Under the pieces are notes generated by a model. It saw only the letters and a list, made by a program, of their open reading frames with translations. It did no database searches and had not been told where the DNA came from. Position numbers and translations under genes: made by a program. A DNA stretch of 64,000 nt from Amphiscolops sp. MND2022 (lineage: Eukaryota), in the NCBI GenBank assembly GCA_964187785.1, contig OZ076409.1, positions 1,798,001-1,862,000 on the forward strand, written 5' to 3'. Positions 24,462-33,335 of this stretch are shown one piece after another; the first letter of the stretch is position 1; each line of letters begins with the position of its first letter.

Positions 24462-27400
24462 ATGGTCCTACCAGGCCTGGAAAAGCTTGACATGAGTTCG
24501 CAGTCATGGGTGACCATAGGATCCACAATGGACGGTTCGCATGTTTCAGACGAAATGTCTGACGAAGTCACTATCGAGCAACAACGAAAGGAGGAACTGG
24601 CCGCCATGGTCCCTCCCTCCGAGGGTTCCGTTGCATCTGGAAGCTCTCGTCGAACCGAACAATGGGTCGAAGAAATCTGTCGTGAAAGAGCCAATGAAGC
24701 AGAAGAAGAGTGGCCCAACTCAAACGTGACCAACGAACTTGCCTCGTCGATGAGCCAAATGACATCCTCCATGGTTCGAAGTGCCACCCGAGACCAAGGT
24801 GTGGACCCGATGTCACCTATCTATCTAGATACTTCTACCGAAGTTGATTTATCCTGTACTAAGGCCACACTAGGGTCCCAGACTGATGGAGCTGCGTATG
24901 CGACGGCCCCTACCATGGTTTCCGGAACGGACTCCCTGTATCTGACCGCCGACTGGACAGCTGAGGACGGGATGCCCTCGGGCGCTCCTTGCGCGAGTAG
25001 CACTCGCAGGAAAGAAGACGTGACGAACCTCTCAGTGCGAGCTACGCATGGCAGTGACGACGGTACTGATGATGTGGCAACCAAGGAAGGAGAGGCTGAA
25101 GTCATCTCTCCTGAGCAATTGAGGTTCACTGCCGCCATTTCCAAAGCAATGTCCAAAGAACTGGCACCGTTACTTGCGGGACGTGACCTGGCTCAAACCA
25201 AACCCAGCGTGTATCGAGGCTCTAAGGACGGGTCTATTGATGGCTGGATCCTAGTAATGCAGCGATACTTAAAGAGAATCCAAACCAAAATCTCGGCCGA
25301 AGATCGGGCCTGGAGCATTATCGGTCACCTCGAAGGTGAGGCTCGCAACTACATCATCAACAAGGCAGAGTCTGAACGTGACACCCCCGAGAAGGTGTTC
25401 GAGTTGCTATCTAGTCGATTTGGCGCGGGAGGAAATCGCATGCAGGTGCGGCAGACCTTCCAAAGCCGCGTCCAACAAGAAAAAGAAGACTGGATGCAGT
25501 ACTTAGACGCTTTAGAGGGTCTCAGGAGCCAAGGGTTCCCGCAAGAAAGTATCACTACTAAACGCTATGAAATCTTGCAACGCTTCATGGAGGGTGTGCG
25601 AGATCCAGTGTTGAGGCGTGAACTTGCTATAGTATACGCCTCGGAAACTTTTCTTACCGAACCCCCTACCGTGGAGTCCTTGCGATTTACCATACGTCAG
25701 CTGCAACGCAATCGTCCCAGACCCACCCAACCTCAACAACCCTATGATCCCCGATTAGCCATGAGGTCTAGACCTCATCCTTTCGCACCACTACCGCCGA
25801 ACAAGATGGTTATGCCGCAGGGCGTCTTGCCACCTCCGGCGCCCCCCCAAAATGTCCCAGCTCCGGCTATCCCAGCTCCCGTCCGAGCGCCAGTAGGTGC
25901 CTGTTTTCACTGTGGGCAAAACGGACATTTTGCTCGCGAGTGCCCCAATCGTGACCAAGCTCGAAAACCAATGACTGCCTCCGAACCAGAGGGCGTGAAG
26001 GTGACCACGGAAGACACGACCGATGGTATCCTTGAAGGTCATCCAGGGATCTATCAATGCGCGAGCTGTGGCCTTTTCGATCAGGCGGAAGTGCAATGTG
26101 GAGAGCACTCCCATGCGCCGAAACCCAATGAAGAGTTGGCCTACAATCGGTGGGCTGAGGTCGAATCAGCTGGCATCGCCGCGCACACCGTGCCTTTGGA
26201 GGATGACCGCGTGTTAATGCTACATCCAGCGGAACCGCCTGCGTTTCACACTCCAATGACATTCACTTGTGGTGCCAAGCAAGTTCAGACCTGCTTGGAA
26301 CCCACAACGTTCGATCCGCAAGGACGTACGCTAATTTCAATTCACCTGTTGCTGGCAGCTGAGCAAACGCGTAGGCCGACGCTAACTCTGGCCAAGCTAT
26401 GGGTCGAGTTGTCTATCCTCTATAAACGAAACGAGTTACCTCGACCGAAAGAATGGTACGCTCCGGGAGAGTCTGCGACTCTGACGACGTATTCCCCAGT
26501 GCCAGTCTGCGCTTCAATGGATGGAGTGGATATGAAATTCGAAGCCTGTGTGGTGGTGGATGTATTTCCCCCTGGCATTTGTCTGGGTCCCCAGGAGCTC
26601 AAATGCTATAACATCAATCACCAGGAGCCCACCGGCGAAGCGCGTATAGATGAGCGTGCGTCGCTCGTAGTCTCTTTCACGGTGCCTCATGCAGCACCTA
26701 TTCCGCTGCGAGGGCTGGTGGACACCGGCTCGGGCGTCTCCATACTGACGTTTTCCGCCTTCAACAGAGTGGCAGCTCGAACTGGAACGGTACTTAAACC
26801 CTACCAAGTTGACCTGTACGCAGCCAACGGGAAGACAATAAAGACCTACGGCCTCGCAGAACACATCCATTTCCAGCTGGGAGGATACGAACTTGAAACT
26901 AACTTTGTGGTGGTAGATGATGCAATGGGTGTGGAAGAGTTCCTGCTTGGCCGGAACTTTCTTCGATCCTACCAGGTGTTAGTGGATCTAACGTCTATGA
27001 AGATTGTGGTGCGAGCACCAGTGAAGCCTGTGTGGCATCATGCTCACGCACAGGTAGGTGACACTTCAATAGCTACTCCAGTCGTTTTGGACAGTGACTT
27101 GGTCCTGCAACCTTTCGAACGAGCGGTGGCTAGGGCCAAGCTCGTCACCAACACTCTAGAGCCGCTGATTTTTCAAAGCGTAGCGCTCAATGCCTCTCTG
27201 TCTGACACTACGTTGCATAATGTCGTCTTTTTAGAGGACAGCGTGGCCACTGTCAGTGAGACAGGAACACTCTTTGTGAGTCTGATAAATCTCACCAGCA
27301 ACCCTCAACGCATGCGGTGTGGTGTACAACTGGGCACCGTAGTACCCGTAACGGTAGTATACCAAGCAGTACCTCAATGTTTGGACTCTCCCACTACAAC

Positions 27401-30041
27401 CCGCACAAAAACTGACGCCGACGACAGTCGTGCAAATTTTGTTCATAAAGTTTATAGTGAAGTGAATCTATCCACTGCTTCTGAGTTAACCTCTTCTTCC
27501 GAATTTGAGTTTTTGTCCTCTACTGACCCTAGCGAGACAGGACTATCGGAGCGCGAGATTCGCAAACGAACGGACCCAGAGCTAATGGCTCCGATTCCTG
27601 GGCCGGAATCTCAGCTCAAGGCGGTCAAGGATTTGTGGGGCGCTAGCGCCTGCGAGTCTCTCCGTAACCTCCTCGATGAATTCGATGAACTGTTCATGAA
27701 ACACAAAGCAGACATCGGTCGGTGCACTATCGCTAAGCACACCGTGGAGGTGGAACCAGGGGCTGTACCGCATCGCGAAGGTGCTCGCCGGATGTCCCCT
27801 GAGAAGGCCGAACGTGCCAATCAGGAGGTACGGAACCTCTTAGCTCTGGGAATGATACAGCCCTCGCTGTCCCCCTGGGCGAGCGGCATTGTAATGGTGA
27901 AAAAGAAAAACGGGGAGTTGCGCTTTTGCTGCGACTTCCGCCCGTTAAATGAGGTAACCATTAAGGATGCTTATCCCTTGCCCCGCATCGATGAAAGCCT
28001 GGCACGGCTAGGCAAAGCAAAGATCTATACCAGCATAGACCTTGCTTGGGCCTTTTGGCAAATTCCCGTGCGAAAAGCGGATCGCCACAAAACCGCTTTT
28101 GCTTGTGAACTAGGACTTTTTGAGTGGCGGCGAATGCCATTTGGTATGTGCAATGCATCTGCCACGTTTCAGCGGTCAATAGCGCGTGCGCTAAGGAATA
28201 TTGTCAATCGTGAGGGCAGCATGGTCATGGCCTACATTGATGATATCGTGATTGCCACGGAGACTGTGGAAGACCATATGGTACGTCTACGTGAAGTCTT
28301 TGAATGTCTCCGTGAAGCCGGTTTCAAAATGCGCGTGGCCAAATGCGATTTCATGAAATCGGAAATCAAGTATTTGGGACGAGTGGTGTCCGCAGAAGGA
28401 GTGAAGCCCGACCCAAAAGCCGTCGTCAAGTTGCGCGATTGGGAAATTCCCCGTAACAAGACGGAGATGCAGAGTTTCCTTGGATTTGCCAACTATTATC
28501 GCGAATTCATTCCTTGGCACGCTAAGCTGGTTGCACCCCTGCACGCCATCACTGGACTGAATGCCACCTTCGCCTGGGGTCCTGAGCAACAAACCGCATT
28601 CAATGAGATCAAAAAAGCCCTAATCGAGGCAACTGCGCTCGCGCAGCCTGATTCCGAAGGAGAGTTTGTGTTGGACACTGACGCTAGTGCTGTCGCCATT
28701 TCGGGTATCCTGCACCAGTGGCAAGGTCCTCCGGGTGAACGACGCCTGAGACCGATAGTTTACGGTAGCAAGAAGCTCACCACCACACAAGCCAAATACG
28801 GAGCCCCCAAACTTGAAATGTTCGCCGCCTACTATTTCATAGTGAAGAACCACAGCTATCTATGTCCCCGGAAATTCACCCTGCGGGTGGACAACCAAGC
28901 TTTGTCCTGGTTGAAAACCTACTCCACGGATCAAGCGCTAATCGGCCGATGGATTATGACCCTGGAGAAATATCACTTTCGCGTGGAACACCGCCCAAGG
29001 ACCCAACATCGAAACGCCGATGGCTTGAGCAAACGAACCAACGAGTACCGATGCCGCGAAAAACAGCTTGCACAGCAGCCAGCTGCGGGCGAACGCTGGA
29101 ACTTTCTTTCAGCTGACGAATTTGATAAACTACCTGTTGCCCCATGGTTCGACCTTCAGGGTCGAGTCATCCCGAACCATCCCGAGTTACCTGCGCACCT
29201 GCAGAACTTGGAGCCTAAGGCTCCCAACCAATTGCTACGCGTGCTTCGCCGCACCAAACGAGCGAGCAGGAGGGACAGACAAGCAGAAGCATTCGCAGCC
29301 CCTTTGCCACCTCCGCCTTCCCTTACTCTGCAACCGCACGAGGATGCCTATCCAGACTACCCTGAGGACTGGATTGATGTGACTGATGAAGCACGCGAAG
29401 ATTATCTATTGCCAACGCATGCCGTAAATGTTCCCTCGCGTACCGTCTATGCTATTGCTGGGGCGAATCCCGTTGCGTTGCAAGGTACTCCCTCGGGTGT
29501 GCGCGACTCAATTATGGCTCTTAAAGATATCAACACTGAACTTCACGAACATGCTCACACCGTGCATGGTATCAAAGATTTGATTCTAGCCCAAAACCGT
29601 AATGTTCATGTGCTAGCACTCAAAAAGTTGGTGCTGAACGAATCTATCGATCATGACGTGTTTCCCGAGAACGTGCGTGAGTTCGCACGCAACTACTACC
29701 GCCAGAAGAAAACCCTCCTGTTTATCAACAAGAATGGTGTACTTTGCGTACAATACCCTCCCAACCAACGTCCCCTGCACGAACGTCCGTGCATGATCGT
29801 CATGCCACAACTGTACCAGCATGAGATTTTATTCCGCGCGCATGACGCCATGGGACATCAAGGTATCTCCAAAGTGGTGGCTAGGATTCAAGAACGTCAC
29901 ACATGGCCTGGTATTCGGCGCAGCGTGGGCCGTTACGTTGGCCAATGCCTCACCTGTCAACAAGTTCGGGATAAGCCTGGTGACGTCCGATTCCATCTAA
30001 AGAACATCCAAAGCGGATACTTCAACGAATTGGTTCAATAA
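24462..30041 (+). CDS. Gypsy Gag-Pol, part 1 (capsid, CCHC, protease, dUTPase-like, RT, RNase H, IN zinc finger)
   Basis: CFHCGQNGHFAREC; LVDTGSG; LRFCCDFRPLN..KDAYPLPRID; YIDD (28233); LDTDAS..NADGLSKR; HDAMGH..CLTC. Ends at an in-frame TAA inside the integrase. Confidence 0.95.
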   Translation: MVLPGLEKLDMSSQSWVTIGSTMDGSHVSDEMSDEVTIEQQRKEELAAMVPPSEGSVASGSSRRTEQWVEEICRERANEAEEEWPNSNVTNELASSMSQMTSSMVRSATRDQGVDPMSPIYLDTSTEVDLSCTKATLGSQTDGAAYATAPTMVSGTDSLYLTADWTAEDGMPSGAPCASSTRRKEDVTNLSVRATHGSDDGTDDVATKEGEAEVISPEQLRFTAAISKAMSKELAPLLAGRDLAQTKPSVYRGSKDGSIDGWILVMQRYLKRIQTKISAEDRAWSIIGHLEGEARNYIINKAESERDTPEKVFELLSSRFGAGGNRMQVRQTFQSRVQQEKEDWMQYLDALEGLRSQGFPQESITTKRYEILQRFMEGVRDPVLRRELAIVYASETFLTEPPTVESLRFTIRQLQRNRPRPTQPQQPYDPRLAMRSRPHPFAPLPPNKMVMPQGVLPPPAPPQNVPAPAIPAPVRAPVGACFHCGQNGHFARECPNRDQARKPMTASEPEGVKVTTEDTTDGILEGHPGIYQCASCGLFDQAEVQCGEHSHAPKPNEELAYNRWAEVESAGIAAHTVPLEDDRVLMLHPAEPPAFHTPMTFTCGAKQVQTCLEPTTFDPQGRTLISIHLLLAAEQTRRPTLTLAKLWVELSILYKRNELPRPKEWYAPGESATLTTYSPVPVCASMDGVDMKFEACVVVDVFPPGICLGPQELKCYNINHQEPTGEARIDERASLVVSFTVPHAAPIPLRGLVDTGSGVSILTFSAFNRVAARTGTVLKPYQVDLYAANGKTIKTYGLAEHIHFQLGGYELETNFVVVDDAMGVEEFLLGRNFLRSYQVLVDLTSMKIVVRAPVKPVWHHAHAQVGDTSIATPVVLDSDLVLQPFERAVARAKLVTNTLEPLIFQSVALNASLSDTTLHNVVFLEDSVATVSETGTLFVSLINLTSNPQRMRCGVQLGTVVPVTVVYQAVPQCLDSPTTTRTKTDADDSRANFVHKVYSEVNLSTASELTSSSEFEFLSSTDPSETGLSEREIRKRTDPELMAPIPGPESQLKAVKDLWGASACESLRNLLDEFDELFMKHKADIGRCTIAKHTVEVEPGAVPHREGARRMSPEKAERANQEVRNLLALGMIQPSLSPWASGIVMVKKKNGELRFCCDFRPLNEVTIKDAYPLPRIDESLARLGKAKIYTSIDLAWAFWQIPVRKADRHKTAFACELGLFEWRRMPFGMCNASATFQRSIARALRNIVNREGSMVMAYIDDIVIATETVEDHMVRLREVFECLREAGFKMRVAKCDFMKSEIKYLGRVVSAEGVKPDPKAVVKLRDWEIPRNKTEMQSFLGFANYYREFIPWHAKLVAPLHAITGLNATFAWGPEQQTAFNEIKKALIEATALAQPDSEGEFVLDTDASAVAISGILHQWQGPPGERRLRPIVYGSKKLTTTQAKYGAPKLEMFAAYYFIVKNHSYLCPRKFTLRVDNQALSWLKTYSTDQALIGRWIMTLEKYHFRVEHRPRTQHRNADGLSKRTNEYRCREKQLAQQPAAGERWNFLSADEFDKLPVAPWFDLQGRVIPNHPELPAHLQNLEPKAPNQLLRVLRRTKRASRRDRQAEAFAAPLPPPPSLTLQPHEDAYPDYPEDWIDVTDEAREDYLLPTHAVNVPSRTVYAIAGANPVALQGTPSGVRDSIMALKDINTELHEHAHTVHGIKDLILAQNRNVHVLALKKLVLNESIDHDVFPENVREFARNYYRQKKTLLFINKNGVLCVQYPPNQRPLHERPCMIVMPQLYQHEILFRAHDAMGHQGISKVVARIQERHTWPGIRRSVGRYVGQCLTCQQVRDKPGDVRFHLKNIQSGYFNELVQ

Positions 30042-32002
30042 GATCATCTGAAAATCTGCCCCTCAGACAGTAATAACACTGGCATCTTGGTCATAATTGA
30101 CCATTTCTCCAAGTTCGCGGAAGCAGTGCCCTGTAGTCATCATGACTACGACGCTGTGACTACCTCTCGGTTGCTGTTACAAAAGTGGTTCGCCCGTCAT
30201 GGCACTCCCACTAGGATGCAGTCTGACAATGCCCCTAATTTGACTGCCGAGGTGTCCAACGAATTCCTAAAAGCAGCCCACGTTACCAAAGTAACCTCTA
30301 CAGCTAGCCATCCGAGAACCCAAGGCTTGGTCGAGCGCCAAAATCGGACGCTGCTGACCCTACTGCGAGTTTTTTGTTCCCGCCGTATGCGCGATTGGGA
30401 CCAATGTCTTGATGAGGTCATGGGTGCCTACAACTCTACGAGGCACGCTACCACTGGCTTCTCACCCTACATGCTGACCCGTGGCGTAGAGAAGGCCATC
30501 CCTCTCACGTTCTTGTATCCCGAGTTTGCAGCCAAATCATTCGAGTCGCATGAGGCGTATGTCGATCATGTATTGGCTCGCCAACAGGAAATACATGACC
30601 TGGTACGGCGTAACACGCACCAAGCCCAATTGCGTCAAAAGTTGAAGTACGACCGTGCTATACAAGCGCGAGCTTACCAAGTAGGCGAGCTCGTCTGGGT
30701 TTTCTGCCGCTACGTACCGCAAAAGGGTTCCCCGAAATTGATGCGTGCTTGGCGAGGCCCGCACAAAGTGGTACAAGTTTTTCAGGACGGTCGTGTCTAT
30801 GTACTAGACACAGGTCAAAAGGTTCATTTTGAACGTCTTAAACCGCACCACAGTGGCCCACTTGAACTTGCTACTGCACACTCGGACAGTGGTGAGGTGG
30901 TGGTCCTTATGGACCCCGAACCTGAACGTTCCGTCGACGTAGTTGATGACGACAAGTCTTTATCGTCGTATAAACCAGAACAACTACTTTCAGAGGCGTC
31001 CGATGCATCTTTGCCCTCACGTCGACGTCACTGGATGGACACTCGACTACGCACGAAACTTCGCGCAGGCGGCTCCCGCCCGCATTATCAGCAATTTGAC
31101 TATTCCACCTCGGGTACAGACGACGAACTATCCGATGCCATGTTGCCAATACCTCCTAATCCCGTTGACGAGGATATGGTGGAGCCTGCGGCTCCTCCGA
31201 CTACGTTGGATCAGTCGATATCCCCTGCCCGTGTACTACCCCAACTGTTCTCTGACCATGAGCGCGTGCGCTCACCGTCTCCGCAGATATCCTCTGAAGA
31301 AGAGACATCGTTACCAGGAACCTCAGCATCCTTGTTGACGAATCCCTCGCTAACCAACTTTCTTAGTAACTATCCCATATGGCCGACCGCCCCTCCGATT
31401 CCCCTCAAATCTGCCAGCAGCGACAGCAACGTTCAGCCCGATCTGCCTGATGCTCCCGAGACTTCGCCAGGAGCGGGGACCGCTCCTTCTTTTAAAAGGG
31501 GGAGGGGGAGACCACCCAAGGCACAGAAGAAACGGCTGATCCGAGCGAAGGCAAGGACGAGGAAGAAAGAAACACCGAGAAATGCCGAAACCGAAACTGC
31601 GATCCAGGCCGAAACGGAAGCTCCCAGAACTGCAGAGACGCTAACAGAAGCATCTGCAACTGCTCTTAGGTATCAACTAAGGAGTAAACGACAGCCGCGC
31701 TACAAGTGTGGAACCTGCGGACTGCGAGATTGTGTCTGCCTATTAGCTGTGAATGAGAACCGGAGGGTTCCCATTGGAGCCCGGGGAGTTCCTCCGGAAG
31801 AGAGAGAAAACTTGGTGTACCGCCTCACGGTGCGGGCCGAAAAAACCTACTCAGCTGTAGAGCGGTCCGGAGACTACCCTGTGGACACTATCCTGGAGAA
31901 GTTGTCACTGCCTGGGGTAGCGAAGGCCCCTTGTCCTAGGTTTAAGGAGTGGACTAGCGATGGAAAGGGCCTGGAGTTTACCCTGCCCACGGTGTTGCCC
32001 CC
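30042..32002 (+). CDS. Gypsy Pol, part 2: integrase core, GPY/F-like module, long extension with AT-hook and Cys cluster
   Basis: Same frame as part 1. DHLK, IDHFSKF, QSDNA, GLVERQN, WRGPHKV..HFERLK, KRGRGRPPK, CGTCGLRDCVC. Confidence 0.9.
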
Positions 32003-33040
32003 GTGCCTAGTAATATTGCTTTTGGACCATTCAATTTTGAAAGAGAACCTGTGCAGATGGTCCGATGCATCACTGCTGACTTGTTATGCGACAAGTATGG
32101 AGTCCAGGTGGAACCAGGAGGGGTATACAGCCCGGCTCCTCACTGGTGGCTGCTGGTAACAGCTCCACGAGTGGAGGCGCTGGTGGAACCGTTGAATCTG
32201 TTATCCTGTCTGGAGAGTCTGAGGACCCTCACCACTGTGGACTTAATACTTTGCTTCCACATCATAGACTGGTACCGAGGCAAGATGAAATTCACGTGGT
32301 GGCTGGAACTAATAATCACATGTTTCGCCACCTATCCCAGAATTCGACTATTAGATGAGTGGACTCACACCTTCGAGATCCCCTTGTTCCCCAAAGCCGC
32401 CCTGGGAACTTTAGATGCGTGGGTAAAGGCCGGCAGCGACAATCGAGCGATGCCCCGCTCAGTATGGCAAGACCTGGCTGCAGTCCAAGGGCGTACCCCT
32501 CGCGTGTGTCTGCCCCCCGATAATGGTCCCGGACGAGAGATTGTTTACCCGGGAGCCCTGTATCCGAACTCAGCCGAACACGTCTCTTACGATGAATCCG
32601 ATTTCTTGCAGGCCGAGGGCGACATAGTGTTAGCATGCCCTGCTGACCTAAAGACCAACTCTGCCGCCCTGCGATATGTGCTGCGGGAGTGCGGCATGGA
32701 AGATGTATTTGCCTTACGACCTAAGGTGGGCGAGATTCTCACTATCCCGCCTGATGTGAACCCCAACCCTAACCAAAGTATTCACTTGTTGATAGTCCGT
32801 GCTAACCAGCGCGCACCGCTGCTGACAGATGACTACTTGCGTTGCATGACGTACTTGATACAGCGCCTGATAGATAAAGGATCCACACGGGTCCACCTAC
32901 CCATTCTGGATCCCGAGAGACCGGCTTTCTCGTTGGTTAACCTGTACCATACTCTAACGAGCATGTTCGAGGGTACTGGTATTCACGTGGTTTTGCATAG
33001 CCGCGTATATGTATCAATATTAACTATAGGGCTGAAGTAG
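32003..33040 (+). CDS. Gypsy Pol, part 3 (after a 1-nt frameshift): ends in a degenerate TARG1/OARD1-like macrodomain
   Basis: Frame change at a C5 run (31998-32002). The last ~140 aa (VSYDESDFLQAEGDIVLACPADL...KVGEIL...IHLLIVR...RVHLPIL...MFEGTGIHVVLH) follow the TARG1 pattern. Confidence 0.7.
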   Translation: MPSNIAFGPFNFEREPVQMVRCITADLLCDKYGVQVEPGGVYSPAPHWWLLVTAPRVEALVEPLNLLSCLESLRTLTTVDLILCFHIIDWYRGKMKFTWWLELIITCFATYPRIRLLDEWTHTFEIPLFPKAALGTLDAWVKAGSDNRAMPRSVWQDLAAVQGRTPRVCLPPDNGPGREIVYPGALYPNSAEHVSYDESDFLQAEGDIVLACPADLKTNSAALRYVLRECGMEDVFALRPKVGEILTIPPDVNPNPNQSIHLLIVRANQRAPLLTDDYLRCMTYLIQRLIDKGSTRVHLPILDPERPAFSLVNLYHTLTSMFEGTGIHVVLHSRVYVSILTIGLK

Positions 33041-33301
33041 CCTTTTCATTTTAGTTGTCCCCATTTTTCCTTTGCCCTCAGTTCTTGCAACAGTTTTTGT
33101 AACAACCTTGGAAGAGCCTTGAAATGCTCTCGAGATGTTAATTTGTCATGTTGTTCACTCAAAGGTTTTGTTCTAGTTCGTTAGTTAGTTAGAGTTAGAT
33201 TTTAAGTTTGTAGTGGCCCCCTTACGGAGCCGATGTTGCCTGGCTGCAATTGAAGGACGAACCGACTCACGGCTCGTTCCAGAGAGAACTTGTCCCTGTA
33301 A

Positions 33302-33323
33302 GTCTAACAGTGGTCCTTTTTAG
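33302..33323 (+). promoter_or_regulatory. Candidate branch point and splice acceptor for a subgenomic ORF2 mRNA
   Basis: GTCTAAC...TCCTTTTTAG ends 12 nt before the ORF2 ATG. Confidence 0.45.
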
Positions 33324-33335
33324 ACCTATGCATTA

